From a virus: 39,635 nucleotides of DNA. Positions 16,933 through 24,519 of the stretch are shown one piece after another. The stretch covers positions 1 through 39,635 of the IMG/VR virus record IMGVR_UViG_3300045988_045810. One strand, given 5' to 3'. Position 1 is the stretch's first letter. Each line of letters begins with the position of its first letter. Under the pieces are notes generated by a model that did not search any database, was not told the origin of the DNA, and saw nothing but the letters and a program-made list of their open reading frames with translations. A program made the translations under genes and the position numbers.

Positions 16933-16959
16933 TACTTATATGTACCATCTGTATAAGTA
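16933..16959. promoter_or_regulatory. Palindrome 2: TACTTATA, 11 nt, TATAAGTA (candidate operator)
   Basis: Perfect 8-bp arms. The centre again contains TGTACCAT. Confidence 0.55.
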
Positions 16960-17072
16960 ATATATAGATTGGTAACATTCTTTTTATAGGCGCAATGCGC
17001 CGAAAGAAGAAAGAGCCGGCACGTCCAATCCCCATCTGCGGTAGCTTGAAGCAAAGATGAGAAGGGGAGACA

Positions 17073-17867
17073 ATGAAGAAACTGATTTACCTCGTGCTAT
17101 CCGTACTGTGCGCAATCTCCGGCATCTACGGCATCTACGACACCATCACCACGCCGCAGGGTGATCTGGTCACAAGCATCATTGCGATTCTGCTCCTCGC
17201 ATTCCTCGCATGGCTTTTCATGCATCTCTTCCTCACACCTGAGCCACGCCATAAGCATCAAGCGGAGAATACAGCTGAACCGTCTCAGGAAGCCCCATCG
17301 GACGCCACGGCAACGCAAACGGCAGAGACGGCCGACACGGAGCGTGGAGACGTCGCGGAAGCCGATTACGACGATTACGTGGCCATCGACATCGAGACCA
17401 CGGGATTAGACAGAAGCGCTCGAATCATCGAGCTAGGAGCCGTGAGAATCAGGCATGGACGCAAAGTCGCGTCATTCAGCCAGCTCGTCAACCCGCAGAT
17501 TCCGATACCGGCCAAGGTCACGCAGATCACCGGCATCACCGACCGGGACGTCAAAGGCAAACCCACCATCGACAAAGCGCTACCCAAGTTCTACGCTTTC
17601 TGTGGGCGTGACACTTGGATAGGCCACAATATCCGACGCTTCGACATTCCGGTGATCGCCAGGGAGGCGCAGAGGGTCGGCGCCGGAATGCCGGACGTGA
17701 GCTTCTACGACACGATGGAATTATCCCAGGCATTGCTGCCGCAGCTTGACCACCATCGCGTGGTGGACCTCATTCGATATTTCGGCATCGCCAAGACCGA
17801 GCGGCATCGCGCCGCCGACGATGCTGCACAGACAGCGCAAATCTTCGAGCATTTGAAGCAGATATAA
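17073..17867 (+). CDS. Membrane-anchored DnaQ/epsilon-like DEDDh 3'-5' exonuclease
   Basis: Two N-terminal TM segments (LIYLVLSVLCAISGIYGIY, VTSIIAILLLAFLAWLFMHLFL) and an acidic linker. Exo I AIDIETTG, Exo II HNIRRFDIPV, Exo III HRAADDAAQTAQIF. Confidence 0.75.
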   Translation: MKKLIYLVLSVLCAISGIYGIYDTITTPQGDLVTSIIAILLLAFLAWLFMHLFLTPEPRHKHQAENTAEPSQEAPSDATATQTAETADTERGDVAEADYDDYVAIDIETTGLDRSARIIELGAVRIRHGRKVASFSQLVNPQIPIPAKVTQITGITDRDVKGKPTIDKALPKFYAFCGRDTWIGHNIRRFDIPVIAREAQRVGAGMPDVSFYDTMELSQALLPQLDHHRVVDLIRYFGIAKTERHRAADDAAQTAQIFEHLKQI

Positions 17868-17870
17868 GCT

Positions 17871-17897
17871 TTATAAAGACTTATAAAGACTTATAAC
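17871..17897. repeat. AT-rich 10-bp tandem repeat TTATAAAGAC, 2 copies plus a partial third, between convergent genes
   Basis: Seen directly. Contains the ACTTATAA motif also found in the 16863-16959 palindromes. Confidence 0.85.
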
Positions 17898-17899
17898 CG

Positions 17900-18487
17900 C
17901 TAGCTGATTTTCGCGTCGAGAAACGCATGATCGCCATCGACATAAGCCCGCTCGATTAGCTTATGCGTCGCGGCGTAAATAAGATCATTGGACGGATACT
18001 CCTTCGCCATCTGACTTTGGATGTCCTGATCGGAAATCGACGGGTCAAGAATCTTCGCCATGATGGGGAATACGCTGTCGATCTCGTCATGCGGCCCATC
18101 GACGTAGACGCGGAGCATGTCGTTTTTCCCGTATCCGAGCACTGCCCCGTAGACCAGCACGTCCACTGACGATTGGCCGAGTCTTCCGTGGAGAGCGTCT
18201 GCGGTGGAGAAAGCGCCGGTGCGATACTCCGTCCGGTAATAGGGGCCGTTCGAATCGCTCGGCGTGAATTTCTCGACGTCGGTTATCGGCGTGGATGAGT
18301 TCGCGTTGAACTCGTCCACAAAGCTCTGCGCCGTCTTCTCGGCTGCCTGTGGTTGTGGCTTCTCCTGCTGTGCGCTGACGTCCGGCGTCTTGGCCGTCGT
18401 GGAATCCGGCTCCTGCTGGCTTCCGCAGCCACAGGCCGTCGCCAGGAGAAGCGTCGCAGCTGTGATGGCAATGATTTTTTTACGCAT
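17900..18487 (-). CDS. Lipoprotein (candidate superinfection-exclusion protein)
   Basis: MRKKIIAITAATLLLATAC is a signal peptide with a lipobox. Its ATG overlaps the ImmA stop (ATGCGTAA). Confidence 0.7.
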   Translation of the reverse strand: MRKKIIAITAATLLLATACGCGSQQEPDSTTAKTPDVSAQQEKPQPQAAEKTAQSFVDEFNANSSTPITDVEKFTPSDSNGPYYRTEYRTGAFSTADALHGRLGQSSVDVLVYGAVLGYGKNDMLRVYVDGPHDEIDSVFPIMAKILDPSISDQDIQSQMAKEYPSNDLIYAATHKLIERAYVDGDHAFLDAKIS

Positions 18488-18968
18488 TGAAAACCCCTTC
18501 TTTGGTATCGCTAAAGGTGATTCGTCCGTTAGGTGAGGTGTTGAGCGTGGCTTGGTAGTCCGCAAGCACCTGCATGGTCACGTTCAGCTCGTCTGCTATC
18601 GACCATAGGTCATCGTCGTACATGTGTTCGAGCAATGCAAGCTCGGCAGGATCGACGAGCGTGAGGGCGGTCTGCGTTCTCGCCCGTCGCTCCTGCTTCG
18701 AACGATCGTTCGAACAACCGGTGTCGCCATGCTTCCAGTGCAGCAGCTCATGCGTGAGCACGCATCTTTTCGCGGTATACGTGAGTCGCCGGTCGATGAG
18801 GATTACGCGGGTTTCGTCATCATAGCAGCCCCATAGTCCGTCCGGCAGGATGGCGCTGGACACGGTGACAGGCAGTCCGACAATGGCGCGGCGCATGGCA
18901 CCGTAGGTCATGCGCCGGTCGATCGGCAGATCAGGCAGGCTCGTCGTAATCCGGCCCAGCCTCTCCAT
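18480..18968 (-). CDS. ImmA/IrrE-family zinc metallopeptidase
   Basis: HELLHWKHGD matches the HEXXH motif. AGGAGG lies 8 nt upstream of the MERLGR start. Overlaps the 3' end of the repressor gene. Confidence 0.75.
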   Translation of the reverse strand: MERLGRITTSLPDLPIDRRMTYGAMRRAIVGLPVTVSSAILPDGLWGCYDDETRVILIDRRLTYTAKRCVLTHELLHWKHGDTGCSNDRSKQERRARTQTALTLVDPAELALLEHMYDDDLWSIADELNVTMQVLADYQATLNTSPNGRITFSDTKEGVFNA

Positions 18969-19293
18969 TGATGGCCTCCTGCTTGCCCTGAGCGTTATAG
19001 GCGGCAAGGCCGTAGCCGCCTGCCTGCGCCTTCCTTTCGGCGGCTTCGACCGCATGACGTTTGGAGTCCATCACGATGTCTCCGATGGATACGCCGGTTA
19101 CTTCGCTGATGCGTTCCAGGTCACTCAGATTGAGCGGGAGGCTGTAGTTTGCCCTCGTGTACCAGTAGACCTCGCCGAAGCCGCACGCCTTGGCGAATTC
19201 CTTGATGGTCATGCCGCTTTGCTTTTGGAGCCTGACGCATTCGTCCATGACCTGCTTGGCGAAATGCGTGACCTCCTGTGCTTTTCTTCCCAT
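18931..19293 (-). CDS. XRE-family HTH repressor (cI-like / ImmR-like)
   Basis: 120 aa with HTH MTIKEFAKACGFGEVYWYTRANY. Divergent from the cro-like gene. Confidence 0.8.
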   Translation of the reverse strand: MGRKAQEVTHFAKQVMDECVRLQKQSGMTIKEFAKACGFGEVYWYTRANYSLPLNLSDLERISEVTGVSIGDIVMDSKRHAVEAAERKAQAGGYGLAAYNAQGKQEAINGEAGPDYDEPA

Positions 19294-19346
19294 GGTTCAA
19301 ATTATAGCTAATTGCGTAGTCATATGTGTATAAATCGTGAAGACTA

Positions 19347-19356
19347 CGTAATTACG
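19347..19356. promoter_or_regulatory. Operator candidate, palindrome CGTAATTACG (copy 1)
   Basis: Perfect 10-bp palindrome in the cI/cro intergenic region. Confidence 0.6.
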
Positions 19357-19370
19357 AATACAAGAAACTT

Positions 19371-19380
19371 CGTAATTACG
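19371..19380. promoter_or_regulatory. Operator candidate, palindrome CGTAATTACG (copy 2)
   Basis: Identical palindrome 24 bp from copy 1. A degenerate third copy, GCTAATTGCG, is at 19307-19316. Confidence 0.6.
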
Positions 19381-19411
19381 TATATTAAAAACCGTCGAAA
19401 GGAAAAACGAG

Positions 19412-19540
19412 ATGTTGAGCACCAAGAAGACCAAGACCCCCGACCACTACCCGTGCGGCCACATGCGCGGCCCCGGCTGGCACGACTGGCGCGCCTGCCT
19501 CACCAAGCAGGGAATCGAGGAGGATGAATGGCCGGTCTGA
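19412..19540 (+). CDS. 42-aa Cys/His-containing leader ORF ahead of cro
   Basis: GAAAGGAAAAACGAG precedes the ATG. MLSTKKTKTPDHYPCGHMRGPGWHDWRACLTKQGIEEDEWPV. Overlaps the cro start. Confidence 0.35.
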   Translation: MLSTKKTKTPDHYPCGHMRGPGWHDWRACLTKQGIEEDEWPV

Positions 19541-19776
19541 CGGAAACAGCCAGCAGAAACCTCAAAGCGGAACTCGCAAGACACGACAAGACACCGAAAG
19601 ACCTAGCAAAAGCATGGGGCCTCGAAATCAGAGCCGTAAACAACAGGCTCAAAGGCCACACGCCACTCTCGACGGACGAAATCGAAAAAGCGGCATCCAT
19701 GCTCGACATGGAATCGGAAACCCTCGTCATGCTCCTCATCCAGCCGATTGACAGCATCAAACAGATCAAGCCGTGA
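19528..19776 (+). CDS. Cro-like HTH regulator
   Basis: 82 aa with HTH KTPKDLAKAWGLEIRAVNNRLKG. GAGGAGG SD. First rightward gene of the switch. Confidence 0.75.
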   Translation: MAGLTETASRNLKAELARHDKTPKDLAKAWGLEIRAVNNRLKGHTPLSTDEIEKAASMLDMESETLVMLLIQPIDSIKQIKP

Positions 19777-19832
19777 GCAGCACTCGCCGACACATGAATC
19801 GAAAGGAGAACACGAAATGAAGATCAAGACGC

Positions 19833-20270
19833 TTGCAAAGGGTGAGAAGGTTGGTGGCTGCGGTGAGCGTCCAGAACATCACTGACATTCTGCTGGGATC
19901 GGGCGTGATCCTGCTGTCCGCGTCCTTGCTCGTCACGATTCATCGCCTGCGTCTCGTGAGCGGCCGATTGGACTCATGCGAACGCGAACTACGGAAATGG
20001 GTCCCGCAGTACAGGAGCGTCGTGATCCATCCGGAGCCTGGGGTTGATGTGCTCATGCGGGTCGGCCCGTGTCCACGGGCCAACGATGGGGATTCGGACG
20101 ATTCCGTCTCCATTCGTCTGCGGCCGCCCGTCGCATCCTCTTCGGACGACGGGATAGGCCGACGCCTGATCCGCTTGCTGGAATCTCTTGAACGTAGGTA
20201 CGGCCCGCGTTCGTTGGAGACTCTGACCAATGAAGCAGAACGAAGCTGTCGCGATCGGCGGGGGCAGTGA
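19833..20270 (+). CDS. Hypothetical membrane protein (start uncertain; overlaps the 3' end of the convergent minus-strand ORF)
   Basis: TM segment ILLGSGVILLSASLLVTI and reasonable GC3. No clear SD. Confidence 0.35.
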   Translation: MQRVRRLVAAVSVQNITDILLGSGVILLSASLLVTIHRLRLVSGRLDSCERELRKWVPQYRSVVIHPEPGVDVLMRVGPCPRANDGDSDDSVSIRLRPPVASSSDDGIGRRLIRLLESLERRYGPRSLETLTNEAERSCRDRRGQ

Positions 20271-20667
20271 TGAGCGCGATGAAGAAGAAATCGCCCGGAG
20301 CCAGATACGGAACGCAGTTTGACGCGGCCCTGGTGCCCTGCTCGCCGTCGTGGCCGACCTCGATGACGATCGCGTCGTCCGGTTCTACCGTGATCCCGTA
20401 GGCTGCCGCGTCGCCGCTGTTGTACATGCGGATTATCCCCTGCGGCCATATGGTGACACCGTTCACGTCGACGAAGAACTCCTTGAGGCCGCTGAGACGC
20501 GGATTCGGACACAGGTTAGTGTCGGTTTCTTCGACGGGGAACCATGCGACTCTTCCGCGAGTATGCCAAGGCCACCAGATGGTCACTCCAGTAAGGATTG
20601 CAGACGCAATGGCAGCGATAATCGCGACCACGACACCGGCCCATGTGGCCACGACGGACGAATCCAT
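20053..20667 (-). CDS. Reverse-oriented membrane-anchored protein inside the early operon
   Basis: Starts MDSSVVATWAGVVVAIIAAIASAILTGVTIWW (TM), then a beta-rich domain. High GC3 in the N-terminal two thirds. The Arg-rich C-terminal tail is doubtful. Confidence 0.5.
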   Translation of the reverse strand: MDSSVVATWAGVVVAIIAAIASAILTGVTIWWPWHTRGRVAWFPVEETDTNLCPNPRLSGLKEFFVDVNGVTIWPQGIIRMYNSGDAAAYGITVEPDDAIVIEVGHDGEQGTRAASNCVPYLAPGDFFFIALITAPADRDSFVLLHWSESPTNAGRTYVQEIPASGSGVGLSRRPKRMRRAAADEWRRNRPNPHRWPVDTGRPA

Positions 20668-20888
20668 AACCCACCAGCTTCCACGACAAAGGGACGACCA
20701 ATGAGAACAACAGTACAGCAGAAGCACACCGACGGAACCATCGCGACCCTGCTCAGAACAGCCCTCGCCAACCGGCACGACTGAAACACGAAGGCATACC
20801 ACCAAACCCTCAACACGATCGTCAAGGAAGCGCATAAATGACCAGCCAACTACTTAACCCGCCGAAACCGCCGGAATCAAGGAAAACC

Positions 20889-21068
20889 ATGAAACCACGA
20901 ATCGAACTCATCGGCACCACCGGCTACGCCATCCGCATCCAGGAAGACAAGAGCGGCCAACTCATCGAGCTTCACGCGGACGGCGAGGAAGTCCTTGCGG
21001 ACATCCCTGAAAGCACCCTCGACAACTTCGCCTACAGCCTCAACGACGACTTGGGAAACATGCGATGA
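20889..21068 (+). CDS. Hypothetical protein
   Basis: AAGGAAAACC precedes the ATG. Its stop overlaps the next start. Confidence 0.55.
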   Translation: MKPRIELIGTTGYAIRIQEDKSGQLIELHADGEEVLADIPESTLDNFAYSLNDDLGNMR

Positions 21069-21259
21069 GCCAATCATTCGAACTGCGAATCATCGAGGAC
21101 GGCACGCACAGCAGCGACCACAGCTGCCTCATCGGACTCAGATTCGACACGGCAGACGGATACCAGGAACACATGCTCAACAAAACCGACCTCATGAACC
21201 TCCGCCGCGAAATCGGACGAACACTCAAAGAACTCAACCAAAAGAAGGACAAGAAATGA
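21065..21259 (+). CDS. Hypothetical protein
   Basis: ATGA overlaps at both ends. Confidence 0.6.
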   Translation: MSQSFELRIIEDGTHSSDHSCLIGLRFDTADGYQEHMLNKTDLMNLRREIGRTLKELNQKKDKK

Positions 21260-21615
21260 ACATCTTCCAACAACGAGAACAAATCCTCGCGAACCTCATC
21301 GAAGCATGCAAGGACCACGACGAAGAGAAAACCAACCACCTGCTCAACCAACTCACGGAACTCGACAAGTCAGCCGAACAGAAGCCGCTGCCAGAAGAGC
21401 CGAAGGAGCGGGGCTTCTATGTCACCGCGAATGATGGTCTGCTCCTGCTTAAGGACAACGATGATGACTGGTCGGCGCGCACATGGGATGACTTGGCTAA
21501 TCCCATCTGGAATGGCGATAGACAGTATGTGAAGTGGCCGACTGTCTGCGAAACGCTCCCGCCTGAAGCCTTCCCGTTAAAGCGAGTGAACACTGGAGAC
21601 GGTAACGATGACTGA
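21256..21615 (+). CDS. Hypothetical protein
   Basis: ATGA overlap with the upstream stop. The track ORF upstream of this start is Arg/Pro/His-rich and looks spurious. Confidence 0.6.
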   Translation: MNIFQQREQILANLIEACKDHDEEKTNHLLNQLTELDKSAEQKPLPEEPKERGFYVTANDGLLLLKDNDDDWSARTWDDLANPIWNGDRQYVKWPTVCETLPPEAFPLKRVNTGDGNDD

Positions 21616-21838
21616 CCATGATTACTGGCTTGAAGACATGCAAGCAATGAAGAAGCGGCGGAAGCCGAACTACACGCGCCGCCGCATCAAATTCGCCCTC
21701 GCGGTGGTCGCCCTCATCGTCACATCCACACTCATGCTCACATGGCATGGCGGCAGCACCACCGCCGCGCTCATGGTGGAAGGCGTGTACATCGCCACCG
21801 CATTGTGGCTGATCGTCAGATTCGCGCCACGCGACTAA
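21608..21838 (+). CDS. Small membrane protein (two TM segments)
   Basis: FALAVVALIVTSTLMLTW and VYIATALWLIVRF. Overlaps the upstream gene. Confidence 0.6.
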   Translation: MTDHDYWLEDMQAMKKRRKPNYTRRRIKFALAVVALIVTSTLMLTWHGGSTTAALMVEGVYIATALWLIVRFAPRD

Positions 21839-22271
21839 AGACTTCCCACCAGCCGACAGTCCAACAAAACAAACCATTTAGGGATGTTTTCGCGGACATC
21901 CACGTTCACCATTGTCGGCTGGCGGGAACCATAACTGAATATCGACAAACAACAAATCCGCCACGGCGTTTACATACACCATTCTGTCGTGGCTTCGGCT
22001 GGGCGACGGTTCGCCCGTCCACGGATTCCAATCCTCTTCTCTCTCTATCAAGAAACGCAGACACTCCGGTGCTTGCAAACCCTTTCAAGTCCGCCTGACG
22101 GCTTCCATCGCCGTCGGCCACGCCACCGGCCGTGAACACGTTCAGGTCATGCTCCAACAGTCAGTGGCGTCGGAACCCAAGGACGGCATCGGTCCGACTC
22201 CGACGCCAGCCACTCAGCCCCATCCACTCGTCAGGGTGGAGCACACAACGTCAACAAGCAAAAGAAAAACA
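21839..22271 (+). other. ORF-poor region of about 430 bp, rich in hairpins (candidate ncRNA or regulatory region)
   Basis: No convincing ORF in any frame, in an otherwise tightly packed operon. Several 6-14 bp inverted repeats (see findings). Confidence 0.4.
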
Positions 22272-22361
22272 ATGAACAATGAAATCCAGCCTTTTGAGTT
22301 CAGGTGCGCATGCATGACCACATTGGACAAGTCCATCGAAGCGGATACCGGACATGAGTAA
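22272..22361 (+). pseudogene. 29-aa ORF; its N-terminus (MNNEIQPFEF) resembles the start of BRO-N/antirepressor domains, so possibly a remnant
   Basis: Short motif resemblance only. Stops after 29 codons. Confidence 0.2.
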
Positions 22362-22572
22362 TCTGCTCACGCCAGCCGAACTGGCCACCATGCTCGGCAT
22401 GAGCGTGCGCACCCTCGCCAACTGGCGGAGCGCAGGCAAGGGCCCGCCATACGTGAAAATCGGCGTGGAACCGCCAGAAGGCCATCAGGACAGGCGCAAG
22501 GTCCGCTACGAGCTTCAAGTCGCAGAAAAGTGGGCCTTGGCACACAAGTACCAGAGGACGGTGGCGAGATGA
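22354..22572 (+). CDS. HTH DNA-binding protein (MerR/excisionase-type HTH_17-like)
   Basis: LTPAELATMLGMSVRTLANWRSAGKGPPYVKIG. Confidence 0.7.
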   Translation: MSNLLTPAELATMLGMSVRTLANWRSAGKGPPYVKIGVEPPEGHQDRRKVRYELQVAEKWALAHKYQRTVAR

Positions 22573-22748
22573 AAAACGGCATGTTCGTCCCAGCGGCGCG
22601 GGTCCAAAGCCGCCCAGATGTCAAAAGCGATGGGAAAGTACGCTTCGACACCGGCAAGCCGACCCTCACGCAGCAAGGAATCGACGTGGACAAGTTCATC
22701 AGCGACAACCACGCGCTCATCGAAAACTTAAGGAAAGGAACACGTTGA
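22569..22748 (+). CDS. Hypothetical protein
   Basis: ATGA overlap with the upstream stop. Confidence 0.55.
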   Translation: MKNGMFVPAARVQSRPDVKSDGKVRFDTGKPTLTQQGIDVDKFISDNHALIENLRKGTR

Positions 22749-23377
22749 AACACGAATACACGGGCGACGAGCTCGCCGAACTGAAGAAAATCTACGACGA
22801 GTCGGGAGAAGCCGGACTCCAGATCGGCGAAATGCGGGCGTTGCGCAAGGCCGGACTCCTCACGCAGGGCCTACCGGAGAAACCGGCGGAACCGTCGAAA
22901 CGCGATCTCATCCTCGCGCATTGCAGAAACCGCATCGACCAAGGCCAACCGTTCGACGGCAAGGAAACCGCCGAAGCGCTCGGCATAAGCCAGAAAACGG
23001 CAGGCAACATCATCGGCCAACTCCGCAAGGAAGGACTGCTGCCGGCCTTCGACCAGCATTCACCCCGCAAAACACGGAAAAACGCCACGACCGGAAAGAA
23101 GAAAGAAACCATGACCACCACATCGAAACTCACAGTGGACAAAATCACCGCAACGAAACTCACCCCCGTCGGAACCATCAGCGTCGGGCCACAAGCCACA
23201 GCCGATCCGCGCATCATCATCGCAAACGCCTTGGTCGACATCTTCGACGCGGTGAGCGCCTTGCAGCGAACCGCGTTCCAAGCCAACGACAAGGTGGTTT
23301 ACGGTTTCGCCACGAAACTGCTCACCGGCGAATTGATGGACATCAAAGCCAACTACAGCAAGGATGTGGCGAAGTGA
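22745..23377 (+). CDS. Hypothetical protein with an internal HTH-like segment (TTG start)
   Basis: TTGA overlap. KETAEALGISQKTAGNIIGQLRKEGLL. Confidence 0.6.
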   Translation: MKHEYTGDELAELKKIYDESGEAGLQIGEMRALRKAGLLTQGLPEKPAEPSKRDLILAHCRNRIDQGQPFDGKETAEALGISQKTAGNIIGQLRKEGLLPAFDQHSPRKTRKNATTGKKKETMTTTSKLTVDKITATKLTPVGTISVGPQATADPRIIIANALVDIFDAVSALQRTAFQANDKVVYGFATKLLTGELMDIKANYSKDVAK

Positions 23378-23550
23378 AGCTCCATTTCGATAGCGAGAGC
23401 GGCGTTTTCACCATCAAGCCAGAGTCCAAGGCAGAAATCACCAAGCTCAGGACGTCCGCGTTGGGCATCGCCAATCTGCTGGTCGATTATTTCGACGCCG
23501 ACATCATCAAAGCAGACATAAACAAGCCAAGCAATCAGCAGGGAGCCTGA
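23374..23550 (+). CDS. Hypothetical 58-aa protein (GTG start)
   Basis: GTGA overlap with the upstream stop. Ends 1 nt before the exonuclease gene. Confidence 0.45.
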   Translation: MKLHFDSESGVFTIKPESKAEITKLRTSALGIANLLVDYFDADIIKADINKPSNQQGA

Positions 23551-23551
23551 A

Positions 23552-24517
23552 ATGAAGCGTATTCCACTCAAGGATACGGAACGCTACACGATCGAGCGCT
23601 TCCGGCAGTGCAAGAAGACGGAACGTCATCTCGCGTGGCTGAAGAGCCGCAAGGCCGGTGTGGGAGGTTCGGACATGAGCACGATTCTCGGCCTGAACGC
23701 TTTCAAAACGCCTTACGAATTGTGGCTTGAGAAGACGGGTCGCGTGGAGCCGGAGGACATTTCGGACAAGTGGGCGGTGGTCAAGGGCAATGCCCTGGAA
23801 AACGAATTGAGGAAGCGTTTCCGCGCGGCACATCCCGAAATGCTCGTCACCGACGGTACGGACAAGCAATTCATCAGCCGCGAAAAGCCCTATCTGAGGG
23901 CTTCCCTTGACGGCATCCTGCAAGGTGAGGACGGCAGCCTTGGAATCCTTGAGATCAAGACGGCGGGTAATCGTCGATCGGGAGACTGGAAGGACGAGGA
24001 CGGAAACCTCCGTATTCCGCCATACTACTTGGCTCAAGTCGAATTCTACGCGCTCGTCACCGGCTGGACGTGGGGCTACGTATACGCGGCCATCGGAGAC
24101 GACGAGCCGGTAGAGATTCCCTTCGAGGCGGACGTGGAGGACATGGCCGCGATCGACAAGGCCGCAGCCGACTTCTGGCATTTCGTCACTTCCGGCACTC
24201 CACCGCAGCTCACCACAGGCGGGGACGTGCAGAAGGCGTTCCCCGAACCCACGCCGGACATCGTGGACGAAAGCGCCGACGATGACCTCTACGACCTGCT
24301 CGCAAGATACGAGAGCGCCACCGGAATGCTGAATAACATGAAGGCCGCTCAGAAGGAATTGCAGGAGCAGATCATTCTGCGCATCGGCTCGCACACCGGC
24401 ATCAAGTGCGGGAATTTGCAAGCCACCTACAAGCCTATGATCCGCAAGGAATACACCGTCAAAGCCACCACATACCGCAAATTCGCATTCAAAACCATCG
24501 AAGAAAAGGAGCAATAA
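23552..24517 (+). CDS. YqaJ/lambda-Exo-type recombination exonuclease (PD-(D/E)XK)
   Basis: GVGGSDMSTILGLNAFKTPYELWLEKTG and LEIKTAG motifs. Directly upstream of recT. Confidence 0.8.
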   Translation: MKRIPLKDTERYTIERFRQCKKTERHLAWLKSRKAGVGGSDMSTILGLNAFKTPYELWLEKTGRVEPEDISDKWAVVKGNALENELRKRFRAAHPEMLVTDGTDKQFISREKPYLRASLDGILQGEDGSLGILEIKTAGNRRSGDWKDEDGNLRIPPYYLAQVEFYALVTGWTWGYVYAAIGDDEPVEIPFEADVEDMAAIDKAAADFWHFVTSGTPPQLTTGGDVQKAFPEPTPDIVDESADDDLYDLLARYESATGMLNNMKAAQKELQEQIILRIGSHTGIKCGNLQATYKPMIRKEYTVKATTYRKFAFKTIEEKEQ

Positions 24518-24519
24518 AA

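Noticed and set aside
21878-22078. A minus-strand 66-aa ORF inside the ORF-poor structured region.
   Set aside because: It has only a TTG start, no SD and mediocre GC3. It overlaps the strongest hairpins. It is not excluded, but there is not enough support to call it.
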